Shown: positions 39,771-50,896 of the stretch, piece by piece
How the letters are laid out: each line of letters starts with the position of its first letter
Position numbering within the stretch: the first letter of the stretch is position 1
Origin: Desulfobacterales bacterium
Lineage (GTDB): Bacteria; Desulfobacterota; Desulfobacteria; Desulfobacterales; UBA2245
DNA length: 64,000 bases
Direction: 5' to 3'
Assembly (NCBI GenBank): GCA_040771865.1
Contig: JAXGZF010000006.1
Location: 186,001 to 250,000 of the forward strand
Made by a program: the position numbers and the translations under genes
Notes under the pieces: generated by a model
What the model saw: only the letters and a program-made list of their open reading frames with translations
What the model was told of the DNA's origin: nothing
Databases searched by the model: none

Positions 39771-40682
39771 ATGAAAGTCATCCCCTTTAATCCGGGAAAA
39801 CGCATTCTCGAAAAAGCCAAAGCCTATATCAAGGCCCCTTATCTGGTGACCGAGAAACCCGATCATGCGGTTCCGGCCATTCTTCGAGCCCTGCCGTACG
39901 CCGATTCCCCGATGAAGCAAAGGCTGATTCTGCTGATCGGCGGCATTGCCCGCGATGTCGTTGCCTGGAGCCTTTTCGAGATCTGCACGGACCCCGAAGA
40001 ATCAGAGGAAGTCCGGCACATGTCCGCAATCCAGCTGAGCCTGACCCTGTCGCGATTAAACCTTCCCGCCCTGCGGAACCGCTTGATGGAGATCCTTCAA
40101 AATGCAGACCCCGAGCTTCGAAACCACGCTGCGATCGCGCTTGGATGGCAGAAAAATGTCGAGGCGATTCCAGCCCTGACCCGGCTGCTGTCCGATCCTG
40201 ATGCGCAGGTTCATCAAAGCGCGGCAACCGCTCTGGCCGATATCGGCGAACCGCTGACCTTCGATACCCTCAGGGAGCGGCTTGCCACCGCCTCTTCGGA
40301 TCTCAAACGCGCCATCCTCTACAATCTCTGGCGGTTTTCAACCCGCAGGAAAGACGCCGAGTCCGTCTATCTGGAACATCTGGATGATTCAAACGAGCAA
40401 ACCCGCTATGATGCGCTTGTTCTGCTGGGAACGGTCTCTCATCCGGCCCGGCACATCGAGGTTTACGAAAATGCGCTGGATAATTCGAATCCCATGGCCA
40501 GAGTGCTGGCACTGAATCGCCTCGCCAAGGTGGATGCCGGGGATTTGAACCGTCTCGAAAGCAAAATCCGAATGCTTACCCTGGATACCGATTCCCAGGT
40601 TCGGGAAGCGGCCCTTAAGCTCCTTGCGCGATTCAGGGATATGCAGGGGTCGAGGCCATTTTTAAAGCCGGTCAAGTGTTAA
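39771..40682 (+). CDS. HEAT-repeat protein
   Basis: Repeated helical units (DPELRNHAAIALG, DPDAQVHQSAATALADIG, DSQVREAA). Confidence 0.8.
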   Translation: MKVIPFNPGKRILEKAKAYIKAPYLVTEKPDHAVPAILRALPYADSPMKQRLILLIGGIARDVVAWSLFEICTDPEESEEVRHMSAIQLSLTLSRLNLPALRNRLMEILQNADPELRNHAAIALGWQKNVEAIPALTRLLSDPDAQVHQSAATALADIGEPLTFDTLRERLATASSDLKRAILYNLWRFSTRRKDAESVYLEHLDDSNEQTRYDALVLLGTVSHPARHIEVYENALDNSNPMARVLALNRLAKVDAGDLNRLESKIRMLTLDTDSQVREAALKLLARFRDMQGSRPFLKPVKC

Positions 40683-40796
40683 ATGTTTTCCTGAGATTGT
40701 CAGACCAATTTTACGGAAAATGCGGCGGCTGGTCAGGTGATGCAAATTTGACAAACAACCGGAAAAGTCAATGCAGGTCTGAAACAAAGTTCTTTC

Positions 40797-42245
40797 CTAT
40801 TTGCGCCAGTATTCGGGGGTGAGCAGAAGGATGACCGTGTAGATTTCCAGCCGCCCCAGAAGCATGCAAAAGATCAGGATCCATTTGCCCGTTTCCGGAA
40901 CCGAAAGATAGTTGGCTGCCGGCCCCACGAGTCCCAGTCCGGGGCCGATATTGCCGATGCAGGCCGCAACGGATGAAAAAGCCGAAATCAAATCCATTCC
41001 CATTGCCGCCATAATAAAGGCGGCCGCGACAAAGAGCCCCAGATACAGAATAAAGAACCCCCAGATGCCGTTTAAAATCTCCTGAGGAACGGACTTTCCG
41101 CCCAGTTTCACCGTGGTAACCGCGTGGGGATGAATAATGTGAAAGATCTGCTGATAGCCGTGCTTAACGAGCACCATCACGCGCATGATCTTGATGCCGC
41201 CGCCGGTGGACCCGGCCATTCCACCTATGAACATGCACGTAATTAAGACCAGCTGGGAGAGGGCCGGCCATTTATCATAGTCGGCGGTCGCAAAACCTGT
41301 AGTCGTGATGATGGATCCGACCTGAAAGGCTGCATAGCGGAAGGCAGTTCCAATCGAATCATATACATTCCCGTATATATCGAAAGCGACCAAAAGGACG
41401 AACACCCCCACTATCATTATGAACACCCGGCATTCCGGATCCCGTCCAAAGACTTTCAGATCCCCTTTGAGCAGTTTGTAGTGAAGAGAAAAGTTGATTC
41501 CGGCAAGGAGCATGAAGATTACAATAACGGATTCGATGTATACGCTGTTGAAATGGGCGATGCTGGCGTTCCTTGTGGAAAACCCACCTGTGGGCATGGT
41601 GCAGAATGCGTGACAGACCGCATCAAAAATAGACATGCCGCCTGCAAGAAGCAGAGCGATCTGCAAGGCCGTAATCAGGAGATAGACGTTCCAGAGCGTT
41701 TTGGCCGTCTCGGAAATCCTGGGCTTGAGTTTGTCCACCACCGGGCTGGGCACCTCTGCCTTATAAAGCTGCATTCCACCTATGCCCAGAAAAGGCAGAA
41801 TGGCTACGGACAGCAATATAATTCCCATTCCGCCCAGCCACTGGATCATGCTTCTCCACAGCAGGATCCCTTCAGGAAGCCTTTCCACATCGGGAATTAT
41901 CGAGGCGCCCGTTGTGGTGAACCCGGATAGGGATTCGAAAAAAGCATGGGTGAAATTTGAAAGGACACCGGAAAACATAAAAGGAAAGGTTCCCACCAGG
42001 CCCGCCAGGATCCATCCGATGGCGACGATGGCGACCCCGTCCCGATGGCTGAGGTAGGCATCGATCTGTCTCTTGCCGGAAAAAAACAGGATCAGCCCCA
42101 GAAACACGGTCAAAGACATGGACAAGAGCAAGGCCCCGCTGCTGCCGTCACGGTATATAACGGATGCCGCCAGGGGCAGCGCCATGCCACCCCCCAAAAA
42201 GAGGATTACCCAGGCCAGAAAACGTATAATGATCCGCAGGTGCAT
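40797..42245 (-). CDS. trkH: Trk potassium uptake membrane protein
   Basis: FESLSGFTTTGA, QWLGGMG, TGGFS, TTTGF, GSTGGGIK, GNIGPG, LGRLE. Confidence 0.95.
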   Translation of the reverse strand: MHLRIIIRFLAWVILFLGGGMALPLAASVIYRDGSSGALLLSMSLTVFLGLILFFSGKRQIDAYLSHRDGVAIVAIGWILAGLVGTFPFMFSGVLSNFTHAFFESLSGFTTTGASIIPDVERLPEGILLWRSMIQWLGGMGIILLSVAILPFLGIGGMQLYKAEVPSPVVDKLKPRISETAKTLWNVYLLITALQIALLLAGGMSIFDAVCHAFCTMPTGGFSTRNASIAHFNSVYIESVIVIFMLLAGINFSLHYKLLKGDLKVFGRDPECRVFIMIVGVFVLLVAFDIYGNVYDSIGTAFRYAAFQVGSIITTTGFATADYDKWPALSQLVLITCMFIGGMAGSTGGGIKIMRVMVLVKHGYQQIFHIIHPHAVTTVKLGGKSVPQEILNGIWGFFILYLGLFVAAAFIMAAMGMDLISAFSSVAACIGNIGPGLGLVGPAANYLSVPETGKWILIFCMLLGRLEIYTVILLLTPEYWRK

Positions 42246-43603
42246 CAGAAGGATTCCAGCTTGACCGTAAGAAGTTTTTCCAGTTTGGGGATGACCTGTT
42301 TGAGGGTAAATATGATCAGCCGGTCTTTGGGCCTGATGATGCTGTCGCCCCTGGCAATAATGATATCGCCGTCTCGGACAATGGCGCCCACGATGGCACC
42401 CTTGGGAAATTTCACCTCGGACAGAGGGGCATTGACGATTTCAGAAGTCTCCAAGGCCTCGGCTTCGATGGCCTCGGCATGCTCGCCTTTGAGCGGGGCC
42501 ACGCTGATAATCTTGCCGCGTCTGATGTGTTGGAGGATAGCACGAACCGCCGACAGGCGGGTGCTGACTACCGTGTCGATACCAAGGGCTGATACCAGGG
42601 GAATGTAGCTGAGTTTGCTCACACGGGTGATGGTCTTGTCGACGCCCAACCCCTTGGCGAGCAATGAAATCAGGATATTGGTCTCTTCATCGCCGGTAAC
42701 GGCGACCAGGAAATCAGCATCATGGACATTCTCCTCGATGAGCAGGTCCTTGTCCGTTCCATCCCCTTTGATGACAATCACCCTGTCAAGCTTTTCCGCC
42801 AGTTGAACGCATTTGTCGGCATCCTTTTCGATGATAACGGTTTTGACGCGGCTGCGGTCCAGGTGGGTTGCGAGGGCCGTGCCGGCCTGGCCGGCGCCGA
42901 CGATGATGATGCGTCTCAACACCCTTTGCTGGGGATTGAACCTCTTGATGACCCGATCTACATCATCATTTCGAACCACCACATAGACCAGGTCGTCGGC
43001 CTGTATCACATCATCTCCGCGGGGGATCAGCACCTGTTCGCCCCGGCAGATGGCGCCCACCAGGATTTTTTCATCAATTTCCCGGATTGCCGCCAGCTTT
43101 TTTTCAACAAAAGGACAGTTTTTAAGGACCGCGATGCCGATCAATTTGACCCGTCCCTCTGCAAAATCGATCACTTCAGAGGCGCCAGGCACCGACATGA
43201 TGTTCAGAATGCCTTCAACCATCTCGGATTCCGGGCTGATCACCCGATCGATTCCCAGAAGGTCCTGTCTGAAAATCTCCTTCTCATTCAGGTATTCCGG
43301 GTTCCGAATGCGGGCGATCTTGAGCAGAGAAGGACTGAGATTCTTAGCCATCAAACAGGCGATCAGATTGACCTCATCGCTGTCGGTGACCGCCACCAGC
43401 ATACCCTCCCCCTCTATCCCCGCATCCCTGAAAACCTGAGGGCTGGTTCCTCCGCCCAGAAGAGCCATGACATCCAGGTCTTCCGTTATCCGCTTGATCT
43501 TTTGAGGGTCTTTGTCGATGACAACCACATTCTGATTTTCTTTGGAAAGCTTCCGGGCGATATTGAACCCCACTTCACCCGCGCCGACGATAATGATCTT
43601 CAA
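42245..43603 (-). CDS. trkA: Trk potassium uptake NAD-binding subunit
   Basis: Two RCK modules (IVGAGEVG, IVGAGQAG), AVTDSDEVN. Confidence 0.95.
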   Translation of the reverse strand: MKIIIVGAGEVGFNIARKLSKENQNVVVIDKDPQKIKRITEDLDVMALLGGGTSPQVFRDAGIEGEGMLVAVTDSDEVNLIACLMAKNLSPSLLKIARIRNPEYLNEKEIFRQDLLGIDRVISPESEMVEGILNIMSVPGASEVIDFAEGRVKLIGIAVLKNCPFVEKKLAAIREIDEKILVGAICRGEQVLIPRGDDVIQADDLVYVVVRNDDVDRVIKRFNPQQRVLRRIIIVGAGQAGTALATHLDRSRVKTVIIEKDADKCVQLAEKLDRVIVIKGDGTDKDLLIEENVHDADFLVAVTGDEETNILISLLAKGLGVDKTITRVSKLSYIPLVSALGIDTVVSTRLSAVRAILQHIRRGKIISVAPLKGEHAEAIEAEALETSEIVNAPLSEVKFPKGAIVGAIVRDGDIIIARGDSIIRPKDRLIIFTLKQVIPKLEKLLTVKLESF

Positions 43604-43900
43604 TTAAGGTTTCCTCCGAAAATGTAATTCAAAACAATGCGGCATGGCTGAATGGGCCGGTTGAATTCAATGAATATGCCTCACTTTTTCTTGAATTCTA
43701 TAGAAAAACAACCTGCAAAAGTCAATACGATTACCCCTGATCCATGTACATGAGCGATATGATCAGAGCGGTCTTTCAAAATTGGATGGAGGCATACGCG
43801 TTAAAGTTGCGTTATGGCGATCTGTCGATGAGGGGCTTGCGGTATAAACATGGAATGAAGGCGATTTTACAAAAATTTGTACCCAAGCGGAAAATTGCAT

Positions 43901-43929
43901 AAAAAAAGGTTGCGGAATGAACCGTAACC
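43901..43929 (-). terminator. Terminator after tRNA-Pro
   Basis: ggttgcgg/ccgtaacc stem with A7 on + strand (U7 on transcript). Confidence 0.65.
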
Positions 43930-43941
43930 CGTTGATTTAAC

Positions 43942-44018
43942 TGGTCGGGGCGAGAGGATTTGAACCTCCGGCTTCCTGCTCCCAAAGCAGGCGCGCTACC
44001 AGACTGCGCCACGCCCCG
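43942..44018 (-). tRNA. tRNA-Pro(TGG)
   Basis: Reverse complement cggggcgtggcgcagtctggtagcgcg-cctgc tTTGGGa gcagg-aagccggaggttcaaatcctctcgccccgacca; cloverleaf with encoded CCA. Confidence 0.97.
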
Positions 44019-44376
44019 ATGCAAAGCTCCTTTACCATGCTTTCCGGGGGAGGTTCAAGCTTATTCCGTGCCGTTCGCGAAAAATGCATGCCTGTCTGCT
44101 TCCATTGTGCCGCCGGAGCCGGTTGCCGGGAACCTGGGTGGGCACAATCCTAGAAAACGATATTTTTCGTAAAAAGCAAACGATGCATCTTTGATCAAGC
44201 GAATCAGAATCAGACAATATCCAGGCATCACAGGGGCTTCTTTCAATTTTCCTTGACACGGTCTGCCATTAATATTATTTTTTGCACAATTTTAAAGCAT
44301 TTCAAGGCCATGTCAAATGCGGTTTCCATGCCGCAATGATGTGGTATGATGGATTTTAAAGAGCGGGTAATCACGT

Positions 44377-44463
44377 GCGAGAGTGGCGGAATTGGTAGAC
44401 GCACTGGACTTAGGATCCAGCTCTGGAAACAGAGTGGGAGTTCAAATCTCCCCTTTCGCACCA
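44377..44463 (+). tRNA. tRNA-Leu(TAG)
   Basis: gcgagagtggcggaattggtagacgca, anticodon arm ctgga-ctTAGga-tccag, long variable arm, gttcaaatc T-loop, CCA. Confidence 0.97.
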
Positions 44464-44486
44464 TGAATATATGGATTTCCGTATAT

Positions 44487-44520
44487 AAGTGCCTGAAGAC
44501 CGTTTCAGCTTCAGGCACTT
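44487..44520 (+). terminator. Hairpin between tRNA-Leu and tig (terminator or processing stem)
   Basis: Perfect 12-bp stem aagtgcctgaag/cttcaggcactt. Confidence 0.6.
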
Positions 44521-44541
44521 GATTTATTAGAAAGGAATACT

Positions 44542-45864
44542 ATGCACTATACCGTCGAAGATCTGAGTTCCATCAAAAAGAAATTTCACGTGGAAATTCC
44601 CGAGGAAGTGGTGGCGCGCGAGGTGGATGCCGCATTCGACCGGCTGAGGAAAACGGCCAAGGTCAAGGGGTTCCGTCCCGGCAAGGCGCCTCGATCGGTG
44701 CTGGAAAGACAATACCGGAAAGATGTTTACGAAGATGTGGTTTCCCAGCTGGTCAGGGATCATTACTGGGAAGCGGTCAAAAAGAGCGAATTCAAAGTGT
44801 TGGGCACTCCGGAAATCGATGCGCCGGAATTCGAAGGCAAGGGCCCATTTGGCTTTGACGCCGTGGTGGAGATCAGTCCCGAAATCGGTGAAATCGACTA
44901 CAAGGCCATCCAACTGAAGAAAAGCCGCTATAAGGTCGACGATGAACAGATTGAAACCCAGCTCAAGATTCTTCAGAGAAACATGGCCCGGTTTGAAGCC
45001 ATCAAGGAAGACAGGCCGGTTGTTGAAGACGATCATGTCCTGATAGATTTTGAAGGGTTTGAAAACTCTGCGCCCTGTCCCGACGTCAAGAAAACGGAAG
45101 GGTTTCCCATCAAACTCGGCACCTCCCGAATTCACAAGCAGTTTGACGACGGACTGGTCGGCATGAAGGCCGGCGAAACACGAAATATTGAGGTGAGTTT
45201 CGAGGATGACTATTTCAATAAGAATCTGGCCGGCCATACCGTCGAGTTCAGGACGACGCTTAAAGAAATCCGGGAGGAGGTGCTTCCGGAAATCAACGAT
45301 GCCTTTGCCGCGGAACTGGGAAAATATGAAAATCTGGATGCATTGAAAAAAGATATCGCCGCCAATCTGGAAAGAGGCTTTAAAAACCGGACCGAGCAGG
45401 AATTGTCGCAGCAGATCTTCGCGGAACTGGCCAGAAGAACCAGCTTTGAGCTTCCGGAGGTTCTGGTCGAATATGAGCTGGGTAAATTTTTCCAGGAGGC
45501 AGAGAAAACCGCGGTCTACAACAAGGTGTCCATGGAGCAGCTCGGATTGACCCGTGAATCCATTGGGGATAAATACCGTCCGCATGCGGAGGAACAGGTC
45601 AAGCGGCAGCTGATTATCAACCGGCTTCTGGATCAGCTCCAGCTTGAACTCGAGAATGAGGAGCTGGAAGCGGGCATGAAGGAGGTCGGCGAAGCCTACG
45701 GCCGCGGTCTGGAGGAGCTGAAAAGATACTACGACGAAAATCCAAGCCATCTGGCCGCATTAAGAAGAAACCTACTTGAAAAAAAAGCAATCAGCCTTAT
45801 TATTGAAAATAGTACGGTTGAAGAAGTTGAAGCCGGCACACCCCTGCAGGCCGAATCAGACTAA
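44542..45864 (+). CDS. tig: Trigger factor
   Basis: Ribosome-binding [12 protein letters not shown]-like domain, position upstream of clpPX. Confidence 0.95.
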   Translation: MHYTVEDLSSIKKKFHVEIPEEVVAREVDAAFDRLRKTAKVKGFRPGKAPRSVLERQYRKDVYEDVVSQLVRDHYWEAVKKSEFKVLGTPEIDAPEFEGKGPFGFDAVVEISPEIGEIDYKAIQLKKSRYKVDDEQIETQLKILQRNMARFEAIKEDRPVVEDDHVLIDFEGFENSAPCPDVKKTEGFPIKLGTSRIHKQFDDGLVGMKAGETRNIEVSFEDDYFNKNLAGHTVEFRTTLKEIREEVLPEINDAFAAELGKYENLDALKKDIAANLERGFKNRTEQELSQQIFAELARRTSFELPEVLVEYELGKFFQEAEKTAVYNKVSMEQLGLTRESIGDKYRPHAEEQVKRQLIINRLLDQLQLELENEELEAGMKEVGEAYGRGLEELKRYYDENPSHLAALRRNLLEKKAISLIIENSTVEEVEAGTPLQAESD

Positions 45865-45886
45865 TCCATGTAAAGGAGAAATCCAC

Positions 45887-46501
45887 GTGCCGTTGATTCC
45901 AATGGTCATCGAACAAAGCAGCAAAGGCGAGCGGGCATACGATATCTATTCCCGTCTGCTCAAGGATCGCATCATTTTTCTGGGTACGGCCATCAACGAC
46001 GACGTGGCCAATGTTCTGATCGCCCAGCTGCTTTTTCTTGAATCCGAAGATCCTGAAAAAGACATTAATTTCTATATCAATTCTCCCGGCGGGGTGGTCA
46101 CCGCGGGTCTGGCCGTTTACGACACGATGCAGTACATCAAGCCGGATATCGCCACCGTGTGCATCGGTCAGGCGGCCAGCATGGGCGCCGTCCTTCTTAC
46201 GGCCGGCGCAAGGGGGAAACGCTATACGCTTCCCAATTCCCGTATTCTCATTCACCAGCCGATGGGAGGCTTTCAGGGGCAGGCTTCGGACATCGCCATT
46301 CAGGCAAAGGAAATCCTGCGCATGAAGGACACCCTCAACAACATCCTGGTCAAGCATACCGGAAAAGACCTGAAGCAGATTCAGACGGATACGGACCGGG
46401 ATTTGTTCATGAGCGGCGATGAGGCAAAAGAATACGGCATAGTCGATTATGTCATATCCAGCAGAGACGATTTGGATCGAATCGATGCCACGGAGGAATA
46501 A
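45887..46501 (+). CDS. clpP: ATP-dependent Clp protease proteolytic subunit
   Basis: GTG start after [33 protein letters not shown]. Confidence 0.97.
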   Translation: MPLIPMVIEQSSKGERAYDIYSRLLKDRIIFLGTAINDDVANVLIAQLLFLESEDPEKDINFYINSPGGVVTAGLAVYDTMQYIKPDIATVCIGQAASMGAVLLTAGARGKRYTLPNSRILIHQPMGGFQGQASDIAIQAKEILRMKDTLNNILVKHTGKDLKQIQTDTDRDLFMSGDEAKEYGIVDYVISSRDDLDRIDATEE

Positions 46502-46503
46502 GA

Positions 46504-47748
46504 ATGGCTAAAAAAGGCGACAGTTCGGAAAATCTTTTCTGCTCGTTCTGCGGAAAAAACCAGAAGGAAGTCAAGAAGCTTATTGCCGGCCCCGCAGTGT
46601 ACATCTGCGATGAATGCATTCAGCTGTGCAGCGAGATCATCGAGGAAGAGGTCGAAAAAGAGGGCGAGGCGGTTCAAAACGTCCTGACGCCCAAGGAAAT
46701 CAAGGCGATTCTGGATGAATACGTCATTGAGCAGGACTATGCGAAAAAGATTCTTTCCGTGGCGGTTTACAACCACTACAAGCGTCTGGAGATGTCCGCG
46801 GCCGGCGGGGATGTTGAAATTCAGAAGAGCAATATTCTCCTGATCGGTCCGACCGGTTGCGGCAAAACCCTGCTTGCACAGACCCTGGCCAGATTTCTGA
46901 ACGTTCCGTTCGCCATTGCTGATGCAACCAGCCTGACCGAAGCGGGCTATGTGGGAGAAGATGTCGAAAACATCATTCTTTCGCTTCTTCAGAACGCCGA
47001 TTACGATGTGGAAAAGGCCAAGCGGGGCATTGTTTACATTGACGAGATCGATAAAATCGCCGCCAGAGGAGACAACCCCTCCATCACCCGTGATGTTTCC
47101 GGGGAGGGCGTTCAGCAGGCCCTGCTGAAGATTATCGAAGGGACGACCGCCAGCGTTCCGCCCAAAGGGGGCCGCAAGCACCCGCAACAGGATTTCGTCA
47201 AGGTGGATACGGCCAACATTCTTTTTATCTGCGGCGGCACCTTCACCGGTCTGGATAAGATTGTCCGGAACCGCCTGGGCGCCAAAACCATGGGATTCGG
47301 CGCCAAAATCGTCAAACAGGAAGAAATGCAGACCGGCGAGGTTTTGAAAATGGTGCAGCCCGAAGACCTGATCAAATTCGGACTCATTCCCGAGTTCTTA
47401 GGAAGGCTTCCCGTCGTTGCCACCTTGGATGAACTCAATGAGGCCTCGCTGATCCGGATCCTTTCGGAGCCGAAGAACGCATTGATCAAACAGTTTAAAA
47501 AGCTTTTTGAAATCAGCGGCATCAATCTGCGGTTTACCGACAGCGCGCTTTCAGCCATCGCCCGGGAGGCCTTGAAACGGAAATCCGGCGCTCGTGGATT
47601 GCGCGCCATTCTCGAACGCAGCCTGCTGGATATCATGTTTGAAACGCCTTCGATTGAAAACGTCAAGGAGTGCGTGATCGGAGAAGATGTCATTCTGCAT
47701 CAGGAAGCGCCGATTCTCCTTTACGAACAAACCAAGAAACAGGCATAG
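46504..47748 (+). CDS. clpX: ATP-dependent Clp protease ATP-binding subunit
   Basis: CSFC...ICDEC zinc finger, [12 protein letters not shown] loop, MGF loop. Confidence 0.97.
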   Translation: MAKKGDSSENLFCSFCGKNQKEVKKLIAGPAVYICDECIQLCSEIIEEEVEKEGEAVQNVLTPKEIKAILDEYVIEQDYAKKILSVAVYNHYKRLEMSAAGGDVEIQKSNILLIGPTGCGKTLLAQTLARFLNVPFAIADATSLTEAGYVGEDVENIILSLLQNADYDVEKAKRGIVYIDEIDKIAARGDNPSITRDVSGEGVQQALLKIIEGTTASVPPKGGRKHPQQDFVKVDTANILFICGGTFTGLDKIVRNRLGAKTMGFGAKIVKQEEMQTGEVLKMVQPEDLIKFGLIPEFLGRLPVVATLDELNEASLIRILSEPKNALIKQFKKLFEISGINLRFTDSALSAIAREALKRKSGARGLRAILERSLLDIMFETPSIENVKECVIGEDVILHQEAPILLYEQTKKQA

Positions 47749-47802
47749 CCATCGCATTTCGCTCAAGAGACGATCGTATTGAAACTCAAAAAACATCAGT
47801 AC

Positions 47803-47837
47803 GGGCGGCCGTGTCAAAGTAAACGGCCGTTCTTTTT
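47803..47837 (+). terminator. Stem-loop between clpX and lon
   Basis: gggcggccgt/acggccgttc followed by T5. Confidence 0.6.
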
Positions 47838-47886
47838 CGGTGGTCCGTCTTTGAGGGCCGCCGCATAATTCGTAGGAAACAAGTAT

Positions 47887-50316
47887 ATGATCAACCTGCC
47901 AAAACTGTTCAAACAAAATGAATCATCCAAGGTGACGCTTCCCCTGATACCCCTTCGGGATATCGTGGTTTTTCCATACATGGTGGCGCCGCTTTTCGTA
48001 GGGCGGGCGAAATCGGTTAAGGCACTTTCCGACGCCATGAATGCGGACAAGCAGGTCTTTCTCGCAACCCAGAAGAAAGCGGGCGTCGACAGCCCGGATG
48101 AAAAAGACATTCGGCCCATCGGTACCGTCGGCAATGTGCTTCAGCTGCTCAAACTTCCAGACGGAACCGTCAAGGCACTGGTGGAAGGGAAATACCGGGC
48201 CAGAATCATCCGGTTCATCGATCTGGAGTCCACGTTTCAGGTCGAGGTCCAGCACCTGGAGGATATTCCGGCCCAGCCCGCCGAAGGAACGGCGCTTTCA
48301 CGCGGCATCGTTGAAGCCTTTGACGAATACGCCAAGCTCAGCAAGAATATTTCAAAGGATCTGGTGGGAACGGTCATGAATATTGCGGACCCTTCTCATC
48401 TGGCCGATACCGTGGCCGCTCACTTCTCCTTCAAGATGGAAGACCGGCTTCGGCTGCTGGAAACCCAGTCTCTCGGAGAAAGGCTTTCCTTTCTGCTCGA
48501 GCTGATTCGCATGGAAATCGAAATCTTCCGCATGGATCAGCACATAAAAACCCGCGTCAAGGAACAGATGGAAAAAACCCAGCGCAATTACTATCTGAAC
48601 GAGCAGATGCGGGCCATTCGAAAAGAGATGGGCACGGACGAGGATGCCGGAGACGAGCTCAAGGAACTCGAAGAACGGATCAAGGCAAAAAAGCTGTCCC
48701 AGGAAGCCGAGGACAAGGTCTGGCATGAGTTTAAAAAGCTCAAGATGATGACCCCCATGTCCGCGGAGGCCACGGTGGTGCGCAACTATATTGACTGGAT
48801 TCTCGGATTGCCTTGGTTTGAGGTGAGCGAGGTCAACGATGATATCGAGCAGGCCGAAAAAATTTTGAACGAGGACCATTACGGGCTTGAAAAGCCCAAG
48901 GAGCGCATTCTGGAATACCTGGCGGTTCAGTCTCTGGTTCAGAAGATTCGGGGTCCGATTCTCTGCTTTGTGGGGCCTCCGGGTGTGGGAAAGACATCCC
49001 TGGCCAAATCCGTGGCTCGAGCAACCGGTCGAAAGTTTGTCCGGCTCTCTCTGGGCGGAGTCCGGGACGAGGCGGAGATTCGCGGGCACCGGCGTACCTA
49101 CATCGGTGCGCTTCCGGGAAAAATCATTCAATCTCTGAAAAAGGTCGGCGTTAACAATCCGGTGTTCTGCCTGGACGAGGTCGACAAGATGAGCATGGAT
49201 TTTCGCGGAGATCCTTCCGCGGCGCTTCTGGAGGTACTGGATCCCGAGCAGAATAACGCCTTTAACGATCATTACCTGGATCTGGACTACGATCTGTCGG
49301 ATATTCTCTTTATCACAACGGCAAACACCCTGCCGGAAATCCCCCTGCCCCTGCAGGACCGGATGGAGATCATCCGGCTTTCCGGTTACACCGAATACGA
49401 AAAATTTCACATTGCGGAAAGCTTTCTGATTCCCAAACAGATCCGGCTCAACGGGCTTGAAGACAGGCAGGTGGAGTTTACTAAGAACGCGACTACTTCC
49501 ATGATTCAACAGTACACGCGGGAATCCGGCGTCAGGAACCTGGAACGTCAGATTGCCTCCGTATGCCGGAAAATTGCCAGGGAGGCCCTCAAGGACAAGG
49601 ACAAGACCGAATTCAAGGTGACTGCGTCCTCGGTTCAGAAACACCTGGGTCCTCCCCAGTTCCGGCACGGCCGGATCGAGTCCGAGGATCAGGTCGGCAT
49701 CGTAACTGGCCTTGCCTGGACCCAGTCCGGCGGAGAGCTTTTGTGCGTGGAAACCCTGGTCATGCCGGGAAAGGGTGGTCTCTCCGTTACCGGAAAACTC
49801 GGCGATGTCATGAAAGAGTCGGCTCAGGCTGCGGTCAGCTATGTGCGGTCCAGGTCGGAATGTTTGAAAATCGACAGCAAGTTTTACAAAAAATACGATA
49901 TTCACATTCACATTCCCGAGGGCGCCATTCCCAAGGACGGTCCTTCGGCGGGCATTACCATGTGCACGGCCATTATTTCCGCCCTGCTCAAGCAGCCGGC
50001 GCGGCGCAATGTGGCCATGACGGGGGAGATCACGCTTCGGGGACGTGTGCTGCCCATCGGGGGGCTGAAGGAGAAGTTCCTGGCGGCTCACCGCGGCGGA
50101 ATTGAGAAGGTGATTATTCCAAAAGAAAACGAGAAGGATCTCAAGGACATTCCGGCCGAAATTCTCAAACCGCTCGAGGTGGTGATGGTCGAGCACATGG
50201 ATGAGGTCCTGTCTCATGCCCTGGTGCTGGATGGTCCGGCATGCGCTTTCAAGCAGGATGATCTTCCCTTCGAGGTGATTCCGAATGAAATCGAGGAGAG
50301 GCCTTCGTTGAACTGA
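47887..50316 (+). CDS. lon: Lon protease (endopeptidase La)
   Basis: [26 protein letters not shown], catalytic [15 protein letters not shown]. Confidence 0.97.
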   Translation: MINLPKLFKQNESSKVTLPLIPLRDIVVFPYMVAPLFVGRAKSVKALSDAMNADKQVFLATQKKAGVDSPDEKDIRPIGTVGNVLQLLKLPDGTVKALVEGKYRARIIRFIDLESTFQVEVQHLEDIPAQPAEGTALSRGIVEAFDEYAKLSKNISKDLVGTVMNIADPSHLADTVAAHFSFKMEDRLRLLETQSLGERLSFLLELIRMEIEIFRMDQHIKTRVKEQMEKTQRNYYLNEQMRAIRKEMGTDEDAGDELKELEERIKAKKLSQEAEDKVWHEFKKLKMMTPMSAEATVVRNYIDWILGLPWFEVSEVNDDIEQAEKILNEDHYGLEKPKERILEYLAVQSLVQKIRGPILCFVGPPGVGKTSLAKSVARATGRKFVRLSLGGVRDEAEIRGHRRTYIGALPGKIIQSLKKVGVNNPVFCLDEVDKMSMDFRGDPSAALLEVLDPEQNNAFNDHYLDLDYDLSDILFITTANTLPEIPLPLQDRMEIIRLSGYTEYEKFHIAESFLIPKQIRLNGLEDRQVEFTKNATTSMIQQYTRESGVRNLERQIASVCRKIAREALKDKDKTEFKVTASSVQKHLGPPQFRHGRIESEDQVGIVTGLAWTQSGGELLCVETLVMPGKGGLSVTGKLGDVMKESAQAAVSYVRSRSECLKIDSKFYKKYDIHIHIPEGAIPKDGPSAGITMCTAIISALLKQPARRNVAMTGEITLRGRVLPIGGLKEKFLAAHRGGIEKVIIPKENEKDLKDIPAEILKPLEVVMVEHMDEVLSHALVLDGPACAFKQDDLPFEVIPNEIEERPSLN

Positions 50317-50404
50317 TGTTCCGGGAAATTCCGGCTTCGGCCAATATCCCCTTGACATCGTTTTTTGAAACTGATAGCTGTATTCGACTTTTGAGACGGT
50401 CCAC

Positions 50405-50480
50405 GGGCGGGTAGCTCAGCTGGGAGAGCATCGGCCTTACAAGCCGAGGGTCACAGGTTCAAGCCCTGTTCCGCCTACCA
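50405..50480 (+). tRNA. tRNA-Val(TAC)
   Basis: gggcgggtagctcagctgggagagca, anticodon arm tcggc-ctTACaa-gccga, ggttcaagcc, CCA. Confidence 0.97.
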
Positions 50481-50489
50481 TAAAAAATA

Positions 50490-50518
50490 TTGACCTTGTT
50501 TCGGGTATCATGTATAGG
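50490..50518 (+). promoter_or_regulatory. Putative sigma70 promoter for tRNA-Asp
   Basis: TTGACC-17 bp-TATAGG. Confidence 0.5.
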
Positions 50519-50532
50519 GTCATACACCATGC

Positions 50533-50610
50533 GGGGGTGTAGTTCAGTTCGGTTAGAACGCCGGCCTGTCACGCCGGAGGTCGCGAGTTCGAGTCTCGTC
50601 GCTCCCGCCA
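50533..50610 (+). tRNA. tRNA-Asp(GTC)
   Basis: gggggtgtagttcagttcggttagaacg, anticodon arm ccggc-ctGTCac-gccgg, gttcgagtc, CCA. Confidence 0.97.
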
Positions 50611-50622
50611 CAATACAGAACA

Positions 50623-50655
50623 GGGGGCCTGGAAATCAAATTCCAGGCCCTTTTT
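50623..50655 (+). terminator. Terminator after tRNA-Asp
   Basis: gggcctggaa/ttccaggccc stem plus T run. Confidence 0.85.
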
Positions 50656-50825
50656 GCTTTTGAAATTTCCAAATTCAAACGAGAACATGCGAGCCTGACG
50701 AAAACCGCAGCAAGTCGGCATCAAAAAGACGGCCCGGCCAAATGAAAAAAACGACAAACAGGAACCTTCTTTGCCGCCTTTGAGCAGAGAAATCGCGAAT
50801 GTCCAGTCCGGATTCCTGGGCCGAG

Positions 50826-50854
50826 TTGACACGAATTCCCAATCCTCCTATATT
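50826..50854 (+). promoter_or_regulatory. Putative sigma70 promoter of purB
   Basis: TTGACA-17 bp-TATATT. Confidence 0.6.
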
Positions 50855-50896
50855 GACTCAAAACAACAACAACTCATCATATGCGGGGAAATTGCC

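Noticed and set aside
43860..43945. Integrative element attached at the tRNA-Pro 3' end
   Set aside because: Flank resembles att-adjacent sequence, but I found no integrase or duplicated tRNA 3' end, and trkA follows directly
44105..44149. Hairpin attgtgccgcc/ggtgggcacaat between the divergent tRNAs as SRP or other ncRNA
   Set aside because: Lacks the SRP domain IV consensus; a single hairpin is insufficient evidence
48352..50358. 668-aa minus-strand ORF (and similar ones opposite tig, purB, hemA and the cyclase)
   Set aside because: Shadows of well-supported genes on the other strand
50680..50825. ZTP or purine riboswitch upstream of purB
   Set aside because: Only fragmentary resemblance (cctgggc), and it lies upstream of the best promoter candidate
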